Source: a virus (lineage: Duplodnaviria > Caudoviricetes). Taken from it: a stretch of 61,753 nt of DNA. The notes below the pieces were generated by a model. That model searched no databases. It saw only the letters and a program-made list of their open reading frames with translations, and was not told where the DNA came from. The translations under genes were made by a program, and so were the position numbers. Location of the stretch: positions 1 through 61,753 of IMG/VR virus record IMGVR_UViG_3300044643_000906; one strand, written 5' to 3'. Below are positions 47,306 to 55,664 of the stretch, piece by piece (position 1 is the first letter of the stretch; every line of letters begins with the position of its first letter).

Positions 47306-48424
47306 TCAGGCGACGGCCGCGAGCTTGAAAAAATTCCTCGGACTGACAAAACGGAGGTTTGCTAAAACCGAAGCGACGTATTCGTATGCTTGGTTGTGTT
47401 GATTAAAGTAAGGGCCTTCGGCCGTGATCAGCTGCGACTCCATGCAGTGGAGGTACATGTTGTCGATGCTGAGGCCATACGCACAGCCCGTTGGCACAGC
47501 GTATTCGGTCGAGATTTCAACACCGTCCTGTTCGAACACGTCCGAGAAGCCGTAGGACTTCAGGCCGTTCGTCTTCGTGACGATGGCCCGCTCCTTGCTG
47601 TCGAGACGGTTCATGTAGTCGATGAACATCCGACGATCCATGATCACGAGGTTGACGGCGGCGTCTTTCGAATCATTTCTCTTTGTCTGATGAATCGCCT
47701 CACGAGTCGCCTCGACGCACTGATCCTTCCACGTCGCGGTCGCACCCTTGAAGAAGGTGCTCGTGTAGTTGCAGATAATCGGCGTGTAATAATCGTAGGA
47801 CTCATCGCACGCCACGTTGGGCCAGCTGCCCGTCTCCAGCTGCGAGCCCGCTTCCGCACCGAGTTCGGTGGAGAGGCCAGCGTACTCATCCTTCGCCCAA
47901 GCGAACGGATCAGCAGCGTTGGCCGCACGCTTCGCGCCGGTGGTCACGTTGACCGTGCCATCGTAGTTGAACATCGAGTCGAGGCCGCAGAAGCGATGCT
48001 CGTTGCCAGCCTTAAAACCGTCAACGTATACCTCCCTTGAGAGGTGCTGCTCCATGCTCTCCTGAAGACGCGCGCTCATCTTGCCAGCGACGTTGATCAA
48101 CGCCTGCTGACCACGGTTCTCCAGCATCTCGCGCCGCAGAATCGAATCCGTCACTTGGTAGCCGCGCCAATCGAGCTTCGCCGTCTTCCAGAGATTCTGG
48201 CGGCTGAAAACGCGAGGAGTTTCTCCATTATTGGACGACACGGGCTGGTTGCGGAATCTGACCTCCCACGAGAAGCCTCTGCCACTCTGGTTGGTGAGCA
48301 CATTGCCGCTGCCTTCAAGGGCTGCGTAGATGCGGAACTTGCGGAGGACGGCAATCTCTTCCTCACGCAAATAGTTCGTGATCGATGTGCCAATAGCCCG
48401 GGCCCAGTCAGTGGTACTCGCCAT
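47306..48424 (-). CDS. Major capsid protein
   Basis: 372 aa after the scaffold. ENRG..ALIN, GL.S and GF.....DGVEI..EY.VP patterns. Confidence 0.85.
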   Translation of the reverse strand: MASTTDWARAIGTSITNYLREEEIAVLRKFRIYAALEGSGNVLTNQSGRGFSWEVRFRNQPVSSNNGETPRVFSRQNLWKTAKLDWRGYQVTDSILRREMLENRGQQALINVAGKMSARLQESMEQHLSREVYVDGFKAGNEHRFCGLDSMFNYDGTVNVTTGAKRAANAADPFAWAKDEYAGLSTELGAEAGSQLETGSWPNVACDESYDYYTPIICNYTSTFFKGATATWKDQCVEATREAIHQTKRNDSKDAAVNLVIMDRRMFIDYMNRLDSKERAIVTKTNGLKSYGFSDVFEQDGVEISTEYAVPTGCAYGLSIDNMYLHCMESQLITAEGPYFNQHNQAYEYVASVLANLRFVSPRNFFKLAAVA

Positions 48425-48458
48425 AATCAGAGCAACCTTTCTTGTTCAGTTAGGCAGG

Positions 48459-49541
48459 TCAAATAAGACCTGCGTCCGATGCGTCGGCACGAAGCCGTTC
48501 TTCAAAAGACATCCCCTTGCGACCAGCTTCGGGGTTATTCGTCTGCACTCCAGCCCGGTTGGCCGTGCGCGAGGCTGCTCGTCGCAGATACTCCATGTTC
48601 GCCTCGGCCTGCGTGCGCTGCGGCGGCACTATGGTGCGAGCCGGAGCTTGGACGCGGTCAAGCTGCGATTGGAAGGACTGCTGACGGGCCTGACCTGCTT
48701 GTGCGTCAAGCACTTGATGCAGGAGGTCACGCTCAACCTTCTCCAGAGCAAACTGCCAGCGGGCTTCCGGTGAGGAGATGCCCAGCTGTGCTGCCTGCTC
48801 TATGTATCTTTTGGCAGCCTCTCCTTCTTTCGAAGAAATTTTGTTCACAGGATCGCTGTAGAGCCAATCCTTGTTCTGCTCTTCCAGCGTCTGGATGTAC
48901 TGCTGACGGCCCGCTTGCTCCAGCTGCTCGGCCACAATCTGCTGTGCCTGCTGCTGTGCCAGACGCGACACCATCGGTGCGAGAGCGTCTTCCGGGTTGG
49001 TCAGAAACTTCTCAGCGAAGTCCTGCTTGTACTGGAAGAACTCGGTGAGAGCGTGCTTCGCATCGAGCGGTGCGTCGGGATGAATCGTGTCCCTGCCGTT
49101 CTCGTCCTTGACGATGTAACGCTTGAAGGCGTCACGCATCGGCGGCGGGTTCCACCACTTCTCTTCCTGCGGCTGGGGTGCCGCCTGCACGGGAGCCTGC
49201 TGCGGGGCGGCTCCCGCCCTTTGCTCCGCAAGCCACTTGTCGAACTGAGGCCGGTGCTGAAGGTACTGCTGGGCGACCGGCATCATCTGCTGGTACTGCG
49301 AGAGGGCGTGTGTCGCCTGCTTCTCCCGCTCCAGACTCTGATACAGCCGCTGTGCAATCGCACGCTCGTCCTGACCCTGAAAGTCGGGCAGTGACTTAAA
49401 CGCATCCCACACCGTTGGTTGCGGGGCGACTTCACGTTCCTCGGGCTGCTCAACCTCTTCCGTTTCGGAGGACTCGTCTACGGAGTCCTGATCCGGGGAA
49501 TCGTCTTCAAGCTCTGCATCATCAATCATTTCGTCAGACAT
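48459..49541 (-). CDS. Capsid scaffolding protein
   Basis: Acidic N-terminus, Q/A-rich helices, upstream of the capsid gene. Confidence 0.7.
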   Translation of the reverse strand: MSDEMIDDAELEDDSPDQDSVDESSETEEVEQPEEREVAPQPTVWDAFKSLPDFQGQDERAIAQRLYQSLEREKQATHALSQYQQMMPVAQQYLQHRPQFDKWLAEQRAGAAPQQAPVQAAPQPQEEKWWNPPPMRDAFKRYIVKDENGRDTIHPDAPLDAKHALTEFFQYKQDFAEKFLTNPEDALAPMVSRLAQQQAQQIVAEQLEQAGRQQYIQTLEEQNKDWLYSDPVNKISSKEGEAAKRYIEQAAQLGISSPEARWQFALEKVERDLLHQVLDAQAGQARQQSFQSQLDRVQAPARTIVPPQRTQAEANMEYLRRAASRTANRAGVQTNNPEAGRKGMSFEERLRADASDAGLI

Positions 49542-49579
49542 ATTTCTCTCGCTCGGGGTGCTTCGGGGACGCTCGGGGA

Positions 49580-50035
49580 CTACCTAAATTGCTGCGTGAA
49601 GAACGCTTGGCCGTTACTCGCGATGACGACGCCAACGCCGATCTCGGTGTATTTGGCGTTGAGGATGTTGGCCCGATGGCCGGGTGAATTCATCCACGCA
49701 CGCATCACATCGGCCGGGTCTTTCTGGCCGTATGCCACGTTCTCACCCATGCCGGGCCAGTTGCTGTGGTACATCCGACGCTCGCTCGCCTGACGGCCAG
49801 ACCAGCTGCGTGCGGACTGCATCAGCGACAGCGTTACCTTCAGAGGACGCATGCCACGCATGCCACGCTCACTGTTAACGCGATCAGCGATCTCGTTCTC
49901 CCAGCCGGAGCCGACGTAGACGCGAGTGCAAACACCGTCTTTGCACTCAGTGCGGTAGAGACGATTGCCAGTTTCGCCATTCGCGAACTGCGAAAGGCAG
50001 GCCACCAGAAGGGCGGCAATGCATAGCCGTTTCAT
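49580..50035 (-). CDS. CAP (SCP/PR-1) domain protein with signal peptide
   Basis: VN.ER...G..PL, GENVA.G, WMNSPGHRANIL, EIGVG, TQ.F. ATG at 50035 followed by a hydrophobic signal. Confidence 0.92.
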   Translation of the reverse strand: MKRLCIAALLVACLSQFANGETGNRLYRTECKDGVCTRVYVGSGWENEIADRVNSERGMRGMRPLKVTLSLMQSARSWSGRQASERRMYHSNWPGMGENVAYGQKDPADVMRAWMNSPGHRANILNAKYTEIGVGVVIASNGQAFFTQQFR

Positions 50036-50117
50036 CAAAAACCTCTCCTCGGGGTAAGGGTTTCTGACTTTCTGGCCCGACAATCGAGAAATGCTCCATA
50101 AATTCTTTGGAGGCACC

Positions 50118-51428
50118 ATGTCTGAACCCGACTATTTGATCTCAGCGCGTCAGCGAATCTCCCCCCATCTCGCGAGAATGGTGCAGCGATATGCTCCTAA
50201 CATCGATCCTGATACTGCTGCTGGCATTCTTTTTGACCCTGAGCATCCTGATCGCGACAGCCTCATCGACCTCCTCGATGACGCCATCCCAAAATCAGCC
50301 TCCGGCCATACCCCCGGGATCGCAGAAAGCGAAAGAAACGGCTGGTACTCCCTCGGGCCGGGCGACCAAAAGGTCTACGCCGCACTCAGGGACTCAAACC
50401 TCCTCAACGCAGTGCTCAACAGACAGCCCGTTCAGTCCTCGCGACACCTGATCGGCGGCGGTAACTACGGAGTGGATAGATACTGGCAGCCCGCCCAGCT
50501 GCCACTGCCGCAGTCAGCGTGGGGGAAGGACACCGCTCTGTCTCCGGTAACTCAGGCGCAGCGGCTGAACGATGCCGTTGGCTACTACGAAGCCGCGGAG
50601 GCAGACCCGAGCCACCACTCCAACGCGCTCACCACCTACTACCCGGGGCAGCACTCATTCTGGAATGTGGAAACCAATGGCGACACGGCCTTCGGGCAGG
50701 TGATGTCCGAGATGGGTGCGTGGCCCACCGGGAGCATGCGGGCCAGCAGGCGTGACGAGCCGCAGCTGCTCAAGAACGACCAGCCCGATCTGCCGTTCAT
50801 GCCCAACACAGCTGTGCGAGCAGCTGGTGATCTGGTCAACCATGGGTACAAGTGGGGAAAGAATATCATCGGTGGCCTGATCGATAGCCATACGCACGAG
50901 GGTGCTAGGACTGCCGTAGATCGAGCTAGCGTCCCGGTGCCAGAAGGGCTGTCGCCGGTAAGACGAGCGGGCTACATCAACTCGCTGCGAGGGCTGATCG
51001 AGCCGTCGGGAGCACCGGAGTTGGCCGACTACGGGCACTCAAAGGGCGTGACGTACTCCGACATGGAGACATGGCTCAACGACACTGCCCATGAGTTTGT
51101 TGACCCCACGTCAGCCGCCTCGCTCGGGTTCGGGCTATTCAAGGGTGCCACGGGTGCCGGGCTCAAGGCAGTCGGTGGCGTGGTCGGCCGAGAAGGCTGG
51201 GACGAGGTCACGAGCCCAATGAATGCCATCTCGCTGATGTCGCTCCCAGAGAAGACAGCTGCGAGCTTCAAGCGGCCGGATGCGGACACGATCCCAGAGG
51301 ACGCCAAAGAGACTTACGCCCAGCAGCAGGTCGAGCGTGATCAAGCACTAAAGGACGCCGCCAAGCTCAGGGAGCAGAGGAAGGAGTCTTCGTGGCTTCC
51401 CCGCGGGGCAATGATCTTCCCGCACTAG
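50118..51428 (+). CDS. Hypothetical protein transcribed opposite to both flanking blocks
   Basis: 436 aa from ATG 50118 with GGAGG RBS. Confidence 0.75.
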   Translation: MSEPDYLISARQRISPHLARMVQRYAPNIDPDTAAGILFDPEHPDRDSLIDLLDDAIPKSASGHTPGIAESERNGWYSLGPGDQKVYAALRDSNLLNAVLNRQPVQSSRHLIGGGNYGVDRYWQPAQLPLPQSAWGKDTALSPVTQAQRLNDAVGYYEAAEADPSHHSNALTTYYPGQHSFWNVETNGDTAFGQVMSEMGAWPTGSMRASRRDEPQLLKNDQPDLPFMPNTAVRAAGDLVNHGYKWGKNIIGGLIDSHTHEGARTAVDRASVPVPEGLSPVRRAGYINSLRGLIEPSGAPELADYGHSKGVTYSDMETWLNDTAHEFVDPTSAASLGFGLFKGATGAGLKAVGGVVGREGWDEVTSPMNAISLMSLPEKTAASFKRPDADTIPEDAKETYAQQQVERDQALKDAAKLREQRKESSWLPRGAMIFPH

Positions 51429-51741
51429 GCGGCTCGGGCAGAAACATCCAGTGACTTACGTCATTCGGGAGCAGCCCCTTTCGGCCGATCCACATGAACC
51501 CCTCCAGCTTGTCGGTGTAGAGTAGGCACTGACGGGTGGGGTCTGACGGCTCGACCTGAGAGCGATCCATCCACTGCGGCTCGTGCGAGTTGTGATCGTG
51601 CACGGCCTGCCAGTACCGGGCGTTCCGCCGCAGCTGCTCGATCTCCCGGGCTGCCTCATCCATGATGTCTTGGGCAGACTGAGCGTACACGTCGTGGCAC
51701 CAGCGGCGCAGGCGTTCGGTGATGTCGGTCATGTCAGTCAC
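51367..51741 (-). CDS. Hypothetical protein with DUF551-like C-terminus
   Basis: VSHWMFLPEPP. Confidence 0.6.
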   Translation of the reverse strand: MTDMTDITERLRRWCHDVYAQSAQDIMDEAAREIEQLRRNARYWQAVHDHNSHEPQWMDRSQVEPSDPTRQCLLYTDKLEGFMWIGRKGLLPNDVSHWMFLPEPPSAGRSLPRGEATKTPSSAP

Positions 51742-51897
51742 TTTCTCCGGCTAAAAATCTCAAGTAGGAGGGCGTATCCGCCCGTCACCAAGCAGGCGAT
51801 ACCCACCATGCAGGCCACAACTCCAACCACCCATGAGAGGGAGGCGCTCATGTCATCGCTCCACAGAAGTTCCGTAAAAGTGCAACTAACCGGGAGG

Positions 51898-52122
51898 TCA
51901 CTCCCGTTCGGCCATGATCCGGTCAGCCTCTTCCGGGGAGAACGAGTCCTCGGCGTACTTCAGGTCAACCACTGAGGGGAAGTGCCGCAGGAGACGCAGT
52001 GCTTCTTCTCGGACGGGCTTCGGGATTCGCTTGTAGCCGCCGGGCACATACGGGCTCACCAGCCGGGCGAGGAACTCCCGGGTGCGGATTACTGAGCGGG
52101 TGCGTTCGTGGGGGAGGGTCAT
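51898..52122 (-). CDS. Small conserved-looking phage protein (MTLPHERTRSV...LLRHFP)
   Basis: ATGA-coupled start, GGAG RBS. Confidence 0.65.
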   Translation of the reverse strand: MTLPHERTRSVIRTREFLARLVSPYVPGGYKRIPKPVREEALRLLRHFPSVVDLKYAEDSFSPEEADRIMAERE

Positions 52123-52688
52123 TTGGTTCTCTCCAGCAGGTTGCGGAGGGTGGTGCTGTATTTTTCCACCTTACTCCACCGATGGTTCGTCCATTCCGCC
52201 TTGGCAAAACATTCAATCGCCTGCCGCTCCTCGTCGGTGAGCCGCAGACGCTCGATCTCGCAAGCAGCCTGATCCATCAACGCCTGAGTCTCCGCCCTGT
52301 CCGCAAACTGCTCGCACCACCGTGTCAGACGCACCGCGATGTCGTCGCCGTGAGTGAATTGCACCGTTGTATTTCCGGCTGGCGGATCGGAGGCTCTTAC
52401 CCGATTGCCATCTGAGTGACTGCCGTCACTGCCTGCTGACGGAACAGCGTTGTTTTGCGTGGCGATCTCTGCCTCCAACGCCTTAAACGCCGCAATGGCT
52501 TCGTCGTTGTTGTATTCATCGCCGTCGGATTGAATGAAAAACGCATCTTCAAGAGCAACAAGCACGGAGAAAAGAACATCCGATGAAATGCAGTGTCTAT
52601 CGGCGTGGGCGACGATTGCACGCAGCCTTTCTGCTTGAGTCATAAACCCTTCTGGCAATTGATTGTCTGTCATTTCGACCCTCTGCAT
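52119..52688 (-). CDS. Hypothetical mosaic protein
   Basis: Shares segments with the 51367 and 52953 ORFs. Confidence 0.55.
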   Translation of the reverse strand: MQRVEMTDNQLPEGFMTQAERLRAIVAHADRHCISSDVLFSVLVALEDAFFIQSDGDEYNNDEAIAAFKALEAEIATQNNAVPSAGSDGSHSDGNRVRASDPPAGNTTVQFTHGDDIAVRLTRWCEQFADRAETQALMDQAACEIERLRLTDEERQAIECFAKAEWTNHRWSKVEKYSTTLRNLLERTK

Positions 52689-52915
52689 TTCATGGACAAC
52701 CGCAGTTCCTTCCGGCGAGCGTCCAATTTTGATCGCTCCGATTGTAGCCGCGACATCCGCTTTTCGTTAGTTTGCACAAGGATGCACGCCATCGCTTGGT
52801 CTAGCCAACAAATGCCGCGATCCAATTGCGCAAGCCGCTTTCGGCAAGACTTTTCAATTGAGAGGCCGCGACTCGAACGCGGGCCTTTGGCGTTCCTGCC
52901 AATGTGCTGCACCAC
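52670..52915 (-). CDS. Hypothetical protein
   Basis: 81 aa, fills the operon gap. Confidence 0.4.
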   Translation of the reverse strand: MVQHIGRNAKGPRSSRGLSIEKSCRKRLAQLDRGICWLDQAMACILVQTNEKRMSRLQSERSKLDARRKELRLSMKCRGSK

Positions 52916-52952
52916 CTACACCACCCCTCATAAATACATTGCTTCTGTCAGT

Positions 52953-53468
52953 TTATTTAGATTGATCGCGTGCTCTTTTGAGTAGCGACCGGAAAACCAT
53001 TTCGTCTTTTGCTCGCAGCGAAGAGTATTCCACAAGAAGCTCAATCGCCTCTTGCTCCTCGTCGGTGAGCGTGAAGTTCAAGCTGCAATGCTGCGTGACC
53101 GTGCCGCGAACGTGCGGGCAGACTTGAGTGGCAGGGGCCGAATCGAACGGCTGTCCACAGGAGTGCGCACTCCCTTGCGTGGCGACTGATTTACGATCAG
53201 CCCCCGAGTCCATCTCGGGCACACCTGCCGATACGAAGAGCGGGCCGTTCTCGCCTACGAAGCTGCCGAGCGTGTTGAACGACAGGAATTCCTCGGCGTC
53301 ATCCGGCGTCATGCCGTCGCGATCCACGAGGATTCCGACGCACTTTTCATAGGAGTAGACCGCTACATGGGCGTGGTGGTGGTTCATGGTGAACCCGATA
53401 TAGGCCGCTTCCAGACCATCCGGGGTCAGGGCCTCGGGATTCAACTCAGCCAACATCTCGATGCTCAT
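52953..53468 (-). CDS. Hypothetical protein (DG.E.A.IG...VAVY..EKC...A.EF..FN..G.FVGE..P.F family)
   Basis: GGAGG RBS. Motif recalled as common in aquatic phages. Confidence 0.65.
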   Translation of the reverse strand: MSIEMLAELNPEALTPDGLEAAYIGFTMNHHHAHVAVYSYEKCVGILVDRDGMTPDDAEEFLSFNTLGSFVGENGPLFVSAGVPEMDSGADRKSVATQGSAHSCGQPFDSAPATQVCPHVRGTVTQHCSLNFTLTDEEQEAIELLVEYSSLRAKDEMVFRSLLKRARDQSK

Positions 53469-53647
53469 GGCACCTCCAAGAAGACCGACCCAGCTGGGCG
53501 GGCGTCATGCCTCGCCCAGCTGGGTCGCGAAAATCCGTTTTCACACCGGCCATCCGGCTCTGATGAGAAGATCGCGGAGACGCTCCACTTCCTGTAGAAG
53601 CCTCCGGTTTTCCTCTCGGAGCTTTTGGAGTACTTCTTCGGGGGTCA

Positions 53648-54013
53648 TCAGAAGGGGTTCTTCCAATCCTCCTCGCCAGCGCTAGCGGCCTGCTGGGCAC
53701 GCTTCGGCCACTTGAGGCTCAGGCCCACGTCGTCGGCCACGAGGGTGACGCTCGTCCGCTCGACGCCGTCCTGTTCGTACTTCTCGACTTCCAGCCGCCC
53801 GGTGACCATCACCCGGTCACCGACACCGACCTTCTCGGAAACGAGTACTGCCTGCTCATCGAAGCACAGGACAGACACCCAGCTGGTCACCGGCTCACGG
53901 CCTTCGACCTTCTTGGTGCTGGCGACACTGAAGCGGCACATCTGCTTGCCGGTTTTCGTGTCCTTGAGTTCCGGCTTCTGGCCGACGTTTCCAACCACCT
54001 CTGCGCGAATCAT
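53648..54013 (-). CDS. ssb: Single-stranded DNA-binding protein
   Basis: GNVGQKPELK, FSVA, GDRV.V.GRL, acidic tail EEDWKNPF. RBS AAGGAGG. Confidence 0.92.
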   Translation of the reverse strand: MIRAEVVGNVGQKPELKDTKTGKQMCRFSVASTKKVEGREPVTSWVSVLCFDEQAVLVSEKVGVGDRVMVTGRLEVEKYEQDGVERTSVTLVADDVGLSLKWPKRAQQAASAGEEDWKNPF

Positions 54014-54056
54014 GCGAGCCTCCTTGGATAGGGTCTTGAGTAGTCACTACCTTCGA

Positions 54057-54092
54057 CCCATTATCCACGCTCGTCAAGTTTTCCAGACTTCA
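54057..54092 (-). promoter_or_regulatory. 36-bp site A: TGAAGTCTGGAAAACTTGACGAGCGTGGATAATGGG
   Basis: 30 of 36 positions identical to site B (59995-60030), in inverted orientation. Upstream of ssb. Confidence 0.7.
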
Positions 54093-54164
54093 TGGTTTCG
54101 CGCGGAGAAACACGATGAAATCGTCCATGGCGTCCTCGTCATCGCAGTCATCGAAGTCCCACAT
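54090..54164 (-). CDS. 24-aa acidic peptide MWDFDDCDDEDAMDDFIVFLRAKP
   Basis: Manual translation. Strong RBS GGGGAGGG 7 nt upstream. Confidence 0.45.
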   Translation of the reverse strand: MWDFDDCDDEDAMDDFIVFLRAKP

Positions 54165-54309
54165 GCAGCAGCCCTCCCCTGACGTTATGGGTGGGTGTGA
54201 CGAAACCGCGGTTGTCAGGACTGAGTGCCGAGCTTTTGTCACACTGGGGAGCCCGGCCTCCAAATTTGAGGCGTGCGCTCAACTAGTGGACGGGTGTATA
54301 CCCGTAAGG

Positions 54310-54774
54310 CTAGGTGGCTGAAATGGCGTTAGGCACGAAGCTAGGGCCCTTAATCGCGATGCTGGCCTCGACCTCGATCAGGCGGGCTATGCAAGCCTCC
54401 CGGGCGGCTTGAGCTTCTGCCTCGGATCGGAACGTCCCGACGTGAATCTTCTTGCCACGGTAGCCGACCCTGACACGCCAGCGGGGAGTGCCGCCTCGCG
54501 TGAGGTGCTTTGGCTCGATGTACTGCTTGTTGCGTCGGACGTTGAGTGACTGAAGCGTCGGCGTGGCCGGTCGCAGGTTCTCTAGCCTGTTGTCGGACGG
54601 GTCGCGATTGATGTGATCCAGCTGGGCCGGGCACGAGCCATGAGCCAGCCACCAGACGAAGCGGTGCAGGCTCTGCGGCCCTTTGCCGCCGCTGCGCTTC
54701 CAGTAGCCCTTGCTGTCCTGTTGCCATGTGTACTGCGACACGGCCCACTTGAAGTCATGGTCGATCTTGTACAT
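54310..54774 (-). CDS. HNH homing endonuclease with AP2 domain
   Basis: LHRFV...LDHINRD..DNRLENLR, then WRVRV...HVGTF.SEAEA. ATG at 54774 with AGGAGG. Confidence 0.88.
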   Translation of the reverse strand: MYKIDHDFKWAVSQYTWQQDSKGYWKRSGGKGPQSLHRFVWWLAHGSCPAQLDHINRDPSDNRLENLRPATPTLQSLNVRRNKQYIEPKHLTRGGTPRWRVRVGYRGKKIHVGTFRSEAEAQAAREACIARLIEVEASIAIKGPSFVPNAISAT

Positions 54775-55325
54775 AGCTTCCCTCCTGTCGCAAAACGCTA
54801 AGGCGAGAAGGGCGTCCAAAGAAGTCAATATTGTAATAGACCCTCGGAAGGGGGGGTCAGCTTTTTCTGACAGAAATTTCGGGTGACGAATGTAGATGGG
54901 ATGGGATTCACGATGGGGGCAGGGGCCTGTCCCCATCGCCCGCCGCCGCCGCCGGTGCGATGCCTGCGAATGCGGGGGAAACGCCCGTTGCAGCGTAGGT
55001 TCAGGGTGCTGCAAACCCTATAAAACAAGGCATTTTCGTCACCATTCCCCATCCGCCCCCTCTCCTTCTCTACATCGTCTGCCATTCGTCGCCGCGGCAG
55101 GCATCGCCGCAGGCTTCGCCCATCGGCACCACCGCGGCACCATCCACAGCATGCTGCGACGTGGTGCGATGCATGCCATCGGGGGGACATTCAATCGATG
55201 GGCCCAGCATTCCCGGGCTTGTGACATTCGATGCGGATGCCGCGGAGAAATAGTACTGATTCGTGATCGGCTGGTTGATTGTGTCGGGGCACTGTGACCA
55301 CGACACAACACCAGAGGATTGAACC

Positions 55326-55571
55326 ATGGCACACGGCCAACGTGAATCGTTCGTGATCATCTCCACAGACCGAGAGGATGGCAGCATCTCCCGTCGGTAT
55401 GCATCGCTCGCAGACGTGATGCAACACGCTCACGAACAATGGCCCGCCGCGATGCGGGACTACGTTCAAACGTACTTCATCCACAAGCTTCGCAGCATGG
55501 ACGTTGGCGACACGTTCGACGGCCCGAACGCACTGCGGTTTTCAGACCGCATCGTGATGGTTGGCCCGTGA
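55326..55571 (+). CDS. First early gene, hypothetical
   Basis: GAGGA RBS, bounded by motif copies. Confidence 0.7.
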   Translation: MAHGQRESFVIISTDREDGSISRRYASLADVMQHAHEQWPAAMRDYVQTYFIHKLRSMDVGDTFDGPNALRFSDRIVMVGP

Positions 55572-55664
55572 TCGGCTGTTTGATTCTGTCCACCCCACAA
55601 ACCCTATGCGGCCCGCCCGGGAACGTCTCCCGCGGCGGGCCGTGTCATTTCAGGAGGTTCCACC

